Source: Candidatus Electrothrix sp. GW3-4 (GTDB lineage Bacteria; Desulfobacterota; Desulfobulbia; Desulfobulbales; Desulfobulbaceae). Taken from it: 32,000 nucleotides of DNA. Of this stretch, positions 8,106-16,632 are shown in pieces. The notes beneath the pieces are model-generated. The model had not been told where the DNA came from. It saw only the letters and a program-made list of their open reading frames with translations, and searched no databases. The translations under genes and the position numbers were made by a program. Location of the stretch: positions 4,080,001 through 4,112,000 of the forward strand of contig NZ_CP147990.1 in NCBI RefSeq assembly GCF_037902255.1, in the 5' to 3' direction. Numbering within the stretch: position 1 is the first letter of the stretch; the number at the start of each line of letters is the position of its first letter.

Positions 8106-9068
8106 CTATGCCGCGCCCAAAAAGGCGCTGTTTTTTTGAATCAACAAGTGCAATTCCTGGACTTTTTTCCCGGCCTCGCCACACCCTTCATCAAATTCTA
8201 AGGCCCGTTTATACATAATCAACGCACGGGTGTACCACTGACCGCTCATATAACTTTCACCAGCTGCACAGAATCCCTGAGCTGGAGTACCTGAGAACAT
8301 ATCAGCAAAGACATCGTCAAGGGGCTCTCCCCAAAGATCTTCCACAATATCTTCCTGTTCCACCAGAAAACGAACCAGGAGAAAATTATCTGCAAGCCCG
8401 GACAGCATAGTGCGCAGCATATTATGCGTCTGGCCAAAAAGAAAGGCCAACTGCTCCATCTGCTGCATAACATCAACCGCAACGCGCTTGATAAGGTTCT
8501 TGCGATCCATAGCCTGTGCCAGGCGAGAAACAGGAAGATTTTGTGACGGATATCCGTTCTCACAGGCCGCTTTTATCTGGCGATTTTTAAAGGCCGCACT
8601 CCCGTAATTATTGAGAATATGAACATCCTCCCTGAGTCGTATGGCTTCGTGAAAGATGGATCCCATGAGCCAATCAACCAGCGACCCTTCGACATTTTCT
8701 CCATGCTCACCTTCCGGCCAGACACGACGACAGAGCTCCCGCAAAGTCCAGAGCGACCCCTTATCGGCCTCTTCCCCAATCATCCAATTCAACCGATCCC
8801 AGATCCTGCAATGGGCATTCTCACCTTGATGGTGGAGTAAATAGCAACTGCTGCCCATAGCCGAGCCCCGGCAAGCGCAATAGGAATGATACAGTTTATG
8901 AAACGAATAGGTCAGGGTAAAAAAATCTGCAAAGAATTGGCGAACAAAAAAATTTCGCTGCTGGTCAAACCAGCTCTTTCGCTGCCGACGACGCTCACCT
9001 GATCCTCTCCTCTCTGCCCCATCCCCAGAGGTTGCTCTATAACGGGCTTTTTTTTCTGCCGTGTTCAT
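8106..9068 (-). CDS. Hypothetical protein (320 aa) between glgA and gap
   Basis: A long ORF that fills the gap between two same-strand genes: the glgA stop is 25 nt upstream and gap starts 130 nt downstream. It has an Arg/Lys-rich N-terminus and no motif I recognise. There is no clear SD at ATG 9068, so the start is uncertain. Confidence 0.6.
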   Translation of the reverse strand: MNTAEKKARYRATSGDGAERRGSGERRRQRKSWFDQQRNFFVRQFFADFFTLTYSFHKLYHSYCACRGSAMGSSCYLLHHQGENAHCRIWDRLNWMIGEEADKGSLWTLRELCRRVWPEGEHGENVEGSLVDWLMGSIFHEAIRLREDVHILNNYGSAAFKNRQIKAACENGYPSQNLPVSRLAQAMDRKNLIKRVAVDVMQQMEQLAFLFGQTHNMLRTMLSGLADNFLLVRFLVEQEDIVEDLWGEPLDDVFADMFSGTPAQGFCAAGESYMSGQWYTRALIMYKRALEFDEGCGEAGKKVQELHLLIQKNSAFLGAA

Positions 9069-9093
9069 AACAGAATACAGATCAGAGAAAAAA

Positions 9094-10692
9094 TTACAAG
9101 GCCTTCTGATAAAGCGCGAGATAATCCTCCATCACATGCTGCCAGCTATGATGGGTTCGGATATGTTCGATAGCTGTCCGCCGCATGACAGCCAGCCGGT
9201 CTGGTGCGTCTTGATATATCTCCAAGGCCCGACGCATGCTCTCGGCCAAGGCATCCGGGGTATGCTCCTGGTAAGAAAATCCTGTTTCCCTGTCCTGCAC
9301 CTTGACCAGCCCGCCCACATGATGCACAATGGGGAGATTGCCGAAGAGTTGGGCAATATAGTCTGTCAGGCCACAGGGTTCGTAGAGAGAGGGGATGAGA
9401 AAAAAATCTCCGGCCGCGTATATCTTGAGGGCCAGATCAGGATCATATCCTTTGAGAAAACAGACCCGATCATGAAAATGTCGCTCTTCGGTCAGCTCTT
9501 GCAGATCCTGATCCAGCTTACTATCACTGGCGCCGAGGACAAGCAACTGAAAATCAGCTGTAATGAGACGGGATACGGCCTGCAACAACACATCCACTCC
9601 CTTTTGTGGCGTGAGTCTACCGATAAAAGTGAACAGGGGGGAATGCGGTCTGTTCTCACTCAGATGGCCGTACTGTTCAACCCGTGCCCACTGGCTGCCC
9701 GCACGGCATAAGCACAGCATTTCTTCTTTGCAGACTCTCTTGCCGTCCAGCTCCCCTGTTTCAGGGTTGAAGTCAGCGGCCAAGCCTCGTTTTTTCCCCT
9801 GGACCGGGTTGAAGTCTTCAGCGTTGACACCATTGGTGATCCCGATCAAATCGACCCCTTTTTTCAAGAGCTTATGACCAAGCCAACCGGTCCGGCTGTC
9901 CTCATTGGTTTCCTGGAGTTCACGGGCATACCTCTCGCTCACCGTGTTCATCTGGGCATAGCCAGCAGCAACCACAAAGGGATTAAAGGCGTTATTGAAC
10001 AGTCCGGAACGAATAACAGATCCGGGCAGTCCAGTGATTGCCTGGGCAAAATCCAGGTCCTCCACATCCTGATGATAGCCGAGCCCTGCATTATGAACTG
10101 TCACCACGGCGCCGGTTTGGCAAAAAAAGTGGCGGTATCCGCTATGCTCCCAAAGCATGGCGGGCAGGATGGCTGCATGTCCATCATGACAATGGATGAT
10201 ATCCGGGCGCAGATCCAGAAGAATTAGCAGATCGAGAGTGGCCTTCTGGAGCAGGACATTCATGGCAAAGAAATCAAAATGGCCAGTCCCGGCCTTTTGC
10301 CAGCTCTTTTCCGCCTCTTCAGCCGGGGTATAGGTATAGACCGCCTGCTTTTCCGCAAAGCGCTGCGCATCCAGCAGGCAAATTATCACCCCTTGCTCTT
10401 TTTTCATCCAGAGAGAAACAGACTCCCTCCGCTCCTTGTCTGGATAGTTCATATCCACATCAAAGACTGTGGTCATTCCCGCAGCCTCTTCGCGACAAGG
10501 AACCTGCACCCGTTTAAAGCCAAGAGCAACAGGGTCCATAAAACCGTAACAGGGCAACACCACCCGAACATCACAACCAGCGTGTCGTACTAAGGCTTCT
10601 GATAGCTGCCGACAGACATCCTTGACCCCTCCGGCCCCAGCCACTCCGTCGTATTCGCGGGTAACCATCAAAACCTTATTGATCTTTTCCAC
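9094..10692 (-). CDS. glgA: Glycogen/starch synthase (GT5 family)
   Basis: The N-terminal KVLMVTREYDGVAGAGGVKDV matches the K-x-GGL-x-DV-type motif, and the GT-B C-terminal half contains FLIPSLYEPCGLTDYIAQLFG. The ORF uses a GTG start and is 532 aa, longer than typical GlgA. Confidence 0.88.
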   Translation of the reverse strand: MEKINKVLMVTREYDGVAGAGGVKDVCRQLSEALVRHAGCDVRVVLPCYGFMDPVALGFKRVQVPCREEAAGMTTVFDVDMNYPDKERRESVSLWMKKEQGVIICLLDAQRFAEKQAVYTYTPAEEAEKSWQKAGTGHFDFFAMNVLLQKATLDLLILLDLRPDIIHCHDGHAAILPAMLWEHSGYRHFFCQTGAVVTVHNAGLGYHQDVEDLDFAQAITGLPGSVIRSGLFNNAFNPFVVAAGYAQMNTVSERYARELQETNEDSRTGWLGHKLLKKGVDLIGITNGVNAEDFNPVQGKKRGLAADFNPETGELDGKRVCKEEMLCLCRAGSQWARVEQYGHLSENRPHSPLFTFIGRLTPQKGVDVLLQAVSRLITADFQLLVLGASDSKLDQDLQELTEERHFHDRVCFLKGYDPDLALKIYAAGDFFLIPSLYEPCGLTDYIAQLFGNLPIVHHVGGLVKVQDRETGFSYQEHTPDALAESMRRALEIYQDAPDRLAVMRRTAIEHIRTHHSWQHVMEDYLALYQKAL

Positions 10693-10747
10693 AAGTCTTC
10701 CGTCCTGATTGTTATGCCGGGTTATTTTGCCGTCTTTTCCGTTCGAC

Positions 10748-11824
10748 TTACTCGATTACCAATATCGCCTGTTGCCGCAAAAGATGATCTGCAAGCGTCA
10801 AACGTACCATGGCCTCACATACCGGAATAATTCTCGGAATGGCTGAAATATCATGACGGCCCCCCACCTTGATGCTCACTGGCTCATTGGCCCTGTTCAC
10901 GGTTTGCTGCTCCTTATGGATAGAGGGGATGGGCTTAACAGCTACCCGGACAATGATATCCTCGCCATTACTCAGCCCGGCCAGGATACCACCCGCATTA
11001 TTGCTGAGAAATCCTTCAGGAGTAATAGGGTCATTATTTTCAGAACCTAACATCTCTGCGGTCCTGAAACCGGAACCGATCTCGACCCCTTTTACCGCGC
11101 CGATGGACATCAGGGCACGGGCCAGTTCCGCATCCAGCTTATCAAAGACCGGTTCTCCCAGACCAACCTTGCAGCGAGCGCGGACCTCAACTATCCCGCC
11201 CAGGGTATCACCCTGACTGCGCACCTCTCTGATCCGCTCTTCCATCCGTTCTGCGGCCGCATTATCTGGACAAAAAAGGCGGTTTTCTCTAATCTGATCA
11301 AAATTACGTTGCTCTGCCTTGATCCCGCCCAGAGCCACCGTATAGGCCTGTACCGACATGCCGTGCCGATCAAGAAGCTGTTGAGCCACAGCTCCGGCTG
11401 CCACCCGTGCTGCTGTTTCCCGGGCAGAGGCCCGCCCACCGCCTCGGTGATCACGAATGCCGTATTTTTTTTGATAGGTCAAATCCCCATGGCCAGGTCG
11501 AAAGACATCCTGCAAATGGCTATAGGATTTAGAATGGGCGTCTTTATTCAAGATCACCAGGGAAATGGGGGTGCCTGTGGTCTTGGGAACAGCACTTCCT
11601 TCCGGCTGGAAGATTCCAGACATAATCTGCACCATGTCTGGCTCATTACGCGGAGAGGTGGCCCCGCCTTTTCCAGGGCGACGACGTTCCAGTTCCTCCT
11701 GAATCATTTCAGGGGTCAGGTCAAGCCCCGGAGGACAACCGTCAATAACTGCCCCAAGGGCGGTGCCGTGCGATTCACCCCAGGTTGTCACCTTAAAGAC
11801 TGTGCCAAATGTGCTTCCTGCCAT
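10748..11824 (-). CDS. aroC: Chorismate synthase
   Basis: [34 protein letters not shown] and [18 protein letters not shown]. Confidence 0.95.
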   Translation of the reverse strand: MAGSTFGTVFKVTTWGESHGTALGAVIDGCPPGLDLTPEMIQEELERRRPGKGGATSPRNEPDMVQIMSGIFQPEGSAVPKTTGTPISLVILNKDAHSKSYSHLQDVFRPGHGDLTYQKKYGIRDHRGGGRASARETAARVAAGAVAQQLLDRHGMSVQAYTVALGGIKAEQRNFDQIRENRLFCPDNAAAERMEERIREVRSQGDTLGGIVEVRARCKVGLGEPVFDKLDAELARALMSIGAVKGVEIGSGFRTAEMLGSENNDPITPEGFLSNNAGGILAGLSNGEDIIVRVAVKPIPSIHKEQQTVNRANEPVSIKVGGRHDISAIPRIIPVCEAMVRLTLADHLLRQQAILVIE

Positions 11825-12146
11825 GAAGATACTCTCATCAGTTGCAGATTTTCAGGGATAGCGAGCTGCTTTTTTCGCTCTTTTTCGACATTCCACGCCG
11901 AATTTTGCAGTCACCGGATATGTTTTAATCCCTTTTCCCAATGATGACAAGCGATTTGAGCGTAATCAAAATTGCCCTATAATGTGGAAAGGATATTTCG
12001 AGGAAAGAGAGAAAGGCCTCCTCTGGCAGAGAACCGGAAGAAACAGGCTCCGCCTCCAAAGGAGGTGGGAAGGAAGATAAAGGCGTTTTCTCAGAAAACG
12101 AGGAACTCAGCAGGATAGCCTCTCACTTCAGGAAAGGCCAACCAAA

Positions 12147-14498
12147 TTACCAGATAGCCCTTAACCCTGCTGACTTACGCACATGATCAATTCTACGTTC
12201 CAGTTCCACCCGCCAATTGGCATGGATACGGGCCGCAGAAGGCGCAATCAACTCAGGCAGGCCATAGACCAGGCGATCGGCAGCACGGCTGGCCTCAATA
12301 ACCGCCTCAATGGAGCGTGCCCCAAATTTATACTCACCAAGAAGCAAACGGAGCAGGAGCCCTGAACTTTTTCGGGCTGCTTTTTTCCAATGAGTTTGCA
12401 TCTGGTGGGCAATGATCAAAGCGCGCTTATGCAGAATCCTGCGCAACTCCTCCAGATCCTCCTCAGTGGCTGACTCCTGCAGCAGATGGGCAGGTATCTC
12501 AATGCCGTCAATGTCCAGAACCACTCGTAGGCGACTCATAAAATCAGGAATTTTCAACGTCTTGGATCTCTTCAGCTGTTCAGAATTCTCAGGGGAGAGC
12601 AGGTCTTCCATCCCCTCCCAACTTGCCTTAACCCCGCCTGCAAAGACAAAGATAGCCCGGCCAATATGATAGGGGATGCCATGAACATAGGTTACCCCAT
12701 CCTGCATAGAGGGCAGAAAAAAGCGAAGATAGCCAAATTCATCCCTGTTATATCGACAGTCGAACTCATCCCAAAAGGCTATAGGAACCCGCCCCCTGGC
12801 TACCGAGGCCCTGATAGGATCAATAGCGGAATTGATCTCGTCAGGGCTGGCAAATTGAGTAAGATTAAACTCAAAAAAATCAAAAGGATCACCGTCATAA
12901 TGACGAGCAATCTCATTAGCAACCTGCTTCACAGCAAAAGATTTCCCAGATCCCGGAGGACCAAAAATTCCAATACAGAGGGGGCGCAGGACCGCCTCTT
13001 TGGAGACATAGGAATCCATGACCTGATGGAGAGTGATAACCGGATCAATTTCCGCTGGATCTGTGGTCCGCAGGTGACCGATTTGAAACATCGGGAGATG
13101 ATCAAAGCCGGTACCGCGATTGACCTCTTCCTTCAGGTAGTGTAGCACAGAAATAATGGTATCAATATGACCAGCATATCGAACCCCATCACTCTGCAGG
13201 TTACAATGCGACTCATACTTGCGGTGAAAAAAGGAACGCAAGGCCTTTTTCTTTTCCTCTCCCCAGGACTGGCTGGCCACCAGAGTTAAATTTTTTTCAA
13301 ATTCCGTAGAAGTATTCGGTAGTTCGACAAAATTAGGGTCCCGCCTGATCACCTCAGGAGAGGCACAAGGACAATCATTCTGACAGTTGGAAGCCTGATC
13401 CTGCCAAGCAAGTCGCATGCGATCTCCACGCTTCTCACCACATTCATTGACCGAGCATGGCCAGTCAGCCGGGCACACTGAGCCGAAATCAAGTTCTGGC
13501 AACTTAAGTTGGCCATCAAAATGATAGCCGTTGTCATTGAGTATTTTCCAGTTGACCAACACCTGCCTTGAAAAGGCAAAGAAGCAATTACGACAAAAGT
13601 CAAGGCAGTTGAAGCGAAAGATATTCATGGTCAGCATTGCGGTGACCATCGTGTCATAGCAGGGGACAGAGCCACGTTTTTTAGATGAACTCTTTTTCGG
13701 CAACATGCCCTTACGATATCGAAAAAAGGTGCCACCAGGCCCAACATAAAGAATGGCATGGGGAAACATCTCCACCACGATATGACAGAGGAAACGCTTG
13801 GTCAGCGGATCCCAGAGCCCCACCTCACTGGTCTTGAGAGCCCGCAGACACATGGCCACAATACTTTCCCAGGTGACGGCCGAGTCCATCTCCATCCGGG
13901 TGGTCTCCAGATCAGAAAGTCGACAGAACAACGTAAAATTCTTTCCAAGCCGCCTGGCCCATTGCTGCCAATGGGCAACAGAGATCCCCATGGCGATGCA
14001 CCACATATCAGGATTTAAGGCCATCATATCGTCGCAGACCTGCGGTGGGACACCGGAGTCGTCTATCAAAACCATCCCCGTGTTATTCCCCACAATGGAA
14101 CAGTCATGCTCGCTGATCACAAAGGCAGAAGACTTTTTCAGACGTTCTTCAGAGGGCAGCAGCTGACTCACCATAAACCAACCATCCTGGTAACCTTCTC
14201 TGCCTTTTTTTTGTCGCTTGAAAATTTGATACACTTGCTTTTCAGTCCCGTAAGAAAGGGAGTCAACTTGAGGTGTGAGACCTGATTCAGCAAGATAGGC
14301 ATTTAACCATGTCAGACATTGCTCTAATCTTCCCTTCTCAACAGTCACCGGGCCAGCAAGAAGATCGATATTATCACCCGGATTATAGCCATAGGCGGGC
14401 AAGCTACCTTCCTGGAGCAGGCTCACCTCCTTAACCGGAAGATTAGTGGTCTTTACATTGGAACCGAGGATGAGAATTTTTGAACTATTGGCGACCAT
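12147..14498 (-). CDS. Orphan multidomain AAA+ ATPase (unrecognised ~500-aa N-terminal region including a 10-Cys module; C-terminal classical AAA+ module)
   Basis: Walker A GPPGSGKS is at aa 513-520 (nt 12939-12962, checked against the DNA). Also present: Walker B-like VPIAFWDEFD, a sensor-1-like FVFAGG, the Arg-containing DFMSRLRVV, and a lid-like GARSIEAVIEASRAA. An in-frame TAG 4 codons upstream of ATG 14498 fixes the earliest possible start. Confidence 0.85.
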   Translation of the reverse strand: MVANSSKILILGSNVKTTNLPVKEVSLLQEGSLPAYGYNPGDNIDLLAGPVTVEKGRLEQCLTWLNAYLAESGLTPQVDSLSYGTEKQVYQIFKRQKKGREGYQDGWFMVSQLLPSEERLKKSSAFVISEHDCSIVGNNTGMVLIDDSGVPPQVCDDMMALNPDMWCIAMGISVAHWQQWARRLGKNFTLFCRLSDLETTRMEMDSAVTWESIVAMCLRALKTSEVGLWDPLTKRFLCHIVVEMFPHAILYVGPGGTFFRYRKGMLPKKSSSKKRGSVPCYDTMVTAMLTMNIFRFNCLDFCRNCFFAFSRQVLVNWKILNDNGYHFDGQLKLPELDFGSVCPADWPCSVNECGEKRGDRMRLAWQDQASNCQNDCPCASPEVIRRDPNFVELPNTSTEFEKNLTLVASQSWGEEKKKALRSFFHRKYESHCNLQSDGVRYAGHIDTIISVLHYLKEEVNRGTGFDHLPMFQIGHLRTTDPAEIDPVITLHQVMDSYVSKEAVLRPLCIGIFGPPGSGKSFAVKQVANEIARHYDGDPFDFFEFNLTQFASPDEINSAIDPIRASVARGRVPIAFWDEFDCRYNRDEFGYLRFFLPSMQDGVTYVHGIPYHIGRAIFVFAGGVKASWEGMEDLLSPENSEQLKRSKTLKIPDFMSRLRVVLDIDGIEIPAHLLQESATEEDLEELRRILHKRALIIAHQMQTHWKKAARKSSGLLLRLLLGEYKFGARSIEAVIEASRAADRLVYGLPELIAPSAARIHANWRVELERRIDHVRKSAGLRAIW

Positions 14499-14532
14499 AT
14501 TTACTGTCTATAAAGATTTACTGTCTATAAAG
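14499..14532. repeat. Perfect tandem 17-bp duplication abutting the AAA+ start codon
   Basis: ATTTACTGTCTATAAAG occurs twice (14499-14515 and 14516-14532). On the gene strand this reads CTTTATAGACAGTAAAT x2, directly followed by ATG. Confidence 0.95.
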
Positions 14533-14598
14533 AAGAGAACGTCTGAAACTTCTGATCGTGGAAAATTTGGGGCGAAAGGCAAGAAGAGAGCGTCTCAA
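14530..14598. repeat. Pair of 18-bp imperfect direct repeats, 51 bp apart
   Basis: AAGAAGAGAACGTCTGAA (14530-14547) and AAGAAGAGAGCGTCTCAA (14581-14598) are identical at 16 of 18 positions. Confidence 0.85.
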
Positions 14599-14606
14599 TT
14601 TTTTAT

Positions 14607-14648
14607 ATGAAAGTACCGACGACTCCTTGGAGTCGTCGGTACTTTCAT
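14607..14648. repeat. 42-bp perfect palindrome (20-bp arms, 2-nt centre); hairpin/operator or + strand terminator
   Basis: ATGAAAGTACCGACGACTCC-TT-GGAGTCGTCGGTACTTTCAT. On the + strand it is followed by GTTTTGTTGT. Confidence 0.9.
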
Positions 14649-14686
14649 GTTTTGTTGTCCCTCCCCAGAGGGGAGGAATAGGAGTT
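14643..14686 (+). repeat. Hairpin-containing repeat element, copy A1
   Basis: TTTCATGTTTTGTTG, then the hairpin TCCCTCCCC-AGA-GGGGAGGA, then ATAGGAGTT. It shares an exact 17-mer, TCATGTTTTGTTGTCCC (14645-14661), with 19210-19226. Confidence 0.75.
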
Positions 14687-14725
14687 ATATAAACATGGTT
14701 GGCGAAGTCGACGAGGCTTCTCTCC

Positions 14726-14780
14726 TTTCATACCTTGCTGTCCCGGCCCAGTAGCAGGCCGGGATGGGAGTTTACATCAA
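14726..14780 (+). repeat. Hairpin-containing repeat element, copy A2
   Basis: TTTCATACCTTGCTG, then the hairpin TCCCGGCC-CAGTAGCA-GGCCGGGA, then TGGGAGTTTACATCAA. It has the same layout and orientation as A1 and the 19.2-kb copy. Confidence 0.7.
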
Positions 14781-14864
14781 TACACAACTCCTTATAGAGC
14801 ATTTTACCCTTTCTGCAAGACCTCTGAGATTAGGCGGGTCAACGCATTGATCAATGGACACTCT

Positions 14865-14957
14865 TTAGAGGAGTTCGGTTTTTTTCAGCAACCTTATTGC
14901 AACCTGATAGGAAACAACTATCACAGCGACCCACGATAATAATAAAAATGCATTCAT
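14865..14957 (-). CDS. Candidate 30-aa hydrophobic peptide downstream of cydA (below the ORF-track size cutoff)
   Basis: My translation is MNAFLLLSWVAVIVVSYQVAIRLLKKTELL*: one predicted TM helix with a basic C-terminus. AGAGG lies about 10 nt upstream of the ATG. The ORF lies about 140 nt beyond the cydA stop, past a hairpin. Confidence 0.3.
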   Translation of the reverse strand: MNAFLLLSWVAVIVVSYQVAIRLLKKTELL

Positions 14958-15040
14958 AATCACTATACCTCTGTATAACTTTTTTTGTTACAAAAAAGTA
15001 GCAAACTCGACATTACCCTTACGTAGCAATACAGTTAAGA

Positions 15041-15061
15041 CCACCAGCCAAAAGCTGGTGG
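15041..15061 (-). terminator. Candidate terminator hairpin after cydA
   Basis: CCACCAGC-loop-GCTGGTGG forms an 8-bp stem 36 nt after the cydA stop. On the minus strand it is followed by TCTTAACTGTATT, a weak U-tract. Confidence 0.4.
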
Positions 15062-15096
15062 GGTGAAATCAACAGCTCAAATCATCTGCAAAATAA

Positions 15097-16632
15097 TTAC
15101 GCCTTTTCTGGTCCGAGACTAATCTGCTTCAGCATAATACTGATCTCGGCTATCAGCAGAACCGTGAACAGCGCCAGAAAAAGGAAAAAGGTTGTGGCAA
15201 CAGAGCCAGCTGGCAGATTGGTTCGGGCCACAGTGACGGGTAAGAGCTCTTGAATCGCCCAAGGCTGTCGCCCTACTTCAGCAACAATCCAGCCTGTCAT
15301 CTGGGCTATCATGCCGAAAAAAAACATTACAGCACCGCCAGCAAGGAGCCAACGTTGTTTCAACAAGGTGCCCTGCAGAGAAAAGAAGAGGAAGCCGAGA
15401 AAGACCAAGGGAAAAAAGGTACCCAAGGCGATCATAATGTGAAAGGCATTAAAGGTCAGCCCCACAGGCGGAACCGCATCTTCTGGTTTCTCCAGAAAAC
15501 CATACCCCATATAGTCTTTATTTCTTTCAAAACCTGCTAAGGCCGTAGTGGCCCCTGCTTCGTCACCTGCCTCCTTGGCCTTTTTATAGAGCTCCAGCTG
15601 GGTCAGGGCCATCTTCCCTTTAACCATCTTTTCCTTGGACCCCATAATATTTTCTTCGCTATTCCCGTAGACCAGATCCTCCAGTCCCGGAACAAAGGAC
15701 CCTATGGAACGATTAGCCAATAAAGAGAGGAGGCCGGGCACCTTGACAACAAAGGAAAAGGGCTCCTGGTCATCGCCAACCTTTTTTGCGCTGTTCAGGA
15801 CACCAAAGCCAATAAGGTCCGCGCCCTTTTCTCCCTGATACAGCCCTTCCATTGCAGCAAGTTTCATGGGTTGATGACGGGCGACCTCGTAGGCAGACTC
15901 ATCACCTGTAAAGGCGACAAAGCCAGAAGCGAACAGGCCGAAAATCGAGGCAACCATGATGGATCGCTTGGCCATCTTTTCATGGCGCCCCTTGAGCAGG
16001 TACCAGGAGGAAATGGAGATCACAAAGAGGGCAGAGTAGAGCATGGCAGAACTGGTGGCGTGGGTAAACTTGGACACCGCCACCGGATTAAACACCACAT
16101 CGGCAAAATTCTGCATTTCAAACCGTGCGGAATCTGGGTTGAATGCCTGCCCTACGGGGTGCTGCATCCAGCCATTGGCCACCAGGATCCAGACAGCGGA
16201 CAAGTTGCTGCCCACCGCGACCATCCAGGTGGAAAAGAGATGAAATCTTTTAGAGACTCGGTTCCAGCCGAAAAACATCACGGCAAAGAAGGTCGCTTCG
16301 CAGAAAAAGGCAAAAATACCTTCGATAGCAAGCGGTGCACCAAAGATATCACCCACCATCCAGGAGTAATTAGACCAGTTGGTCCCGAACTCAAATTCGA
16401 GAATAATACCGGTTGCCACCCCAATGGCAAAGTTGATACCGAACAGACGCATCCAGAATTTAGTAAGATGCTTCCATTCTTCACTCCCGGTCTTGATATA
16501 GATGGTGTGAAAAAAGGCAATAAGCCACGTCATTCCCAAAGTAAGCGGAACAAAGATCCAATGGTACAAGGCCGTCATAGCAAATTGAGCCCGGGCCCAG
16601 TTCACCGTGCTCAGGTCTACATTCTCAATCAT
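15097..16632 (-). CDS. cydA: Cytochrome bd-type quinol oxidase subunit I
   Basis: ARAQFAMTALYHWIFVPLTLG, GINFAIGVATGIILEFEFGTNWSNYS and GDIFGAPLAIEGIFAFFCEATF. There is an AAGGAG RBS. The start overlaps the stop of the upstream small ORF (ATGATTGA). Confidence 0.95.
   Translation of the reverse strand: MIENVDLSTVNWARAQFAMTALYHWIFVPLTLGMTWLIAFFHTIYIKTGSEEWKHLTKFWMRLFGINFAIGVATGIILEFEFGTNWSNYSWMVGDIFGAPLAIEGIFAFFCEATFFAVMFFGWNRVSKRFHLFSTWMVAVGSNLSAVWILVANGWMQHPVGQAFNPDSARFEMQNFADVVFNPVAVSKFTHATSSAMLYSALFVISISSWYLLKGRHEKMAKRSIMVASIFGLFASGFVAFTGDESAYEVARHQPMKLAAMEGLYQGEKGADLIGFGVLNSAKKVGDDQEPFSFVVKVPGLLSLLANRSIGSFVPGLEDLVYGNSEENIMGSKEKMVKGKMALTQLELYKKAKEAGDEAGATTALAGFERNKDYMGYGFLEKPEDAVPPVGLTFNAFHIMIALGTFFPLVFLGFLFFSLQGTLLKQRWLLAGGAVMFFFGMIAQMTGWIVAEVGRQPWAIQELLPVTVARTNLPAGSVATTFFLFLALFTVLLIAEISIMLKQISLGPEKA

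Noticed and set aside
14845-14856. The 12-bp perfect palindrome CATTGATCAATG downstream of the cyd operon as an FNR/CRP-type site
   Set aside because: FNR/CRP boxes are TTGAT-N4-ATCAA, whereas here the half-sites abut with no spacer. The site also lies downstream of the cyd genes, not upstream.
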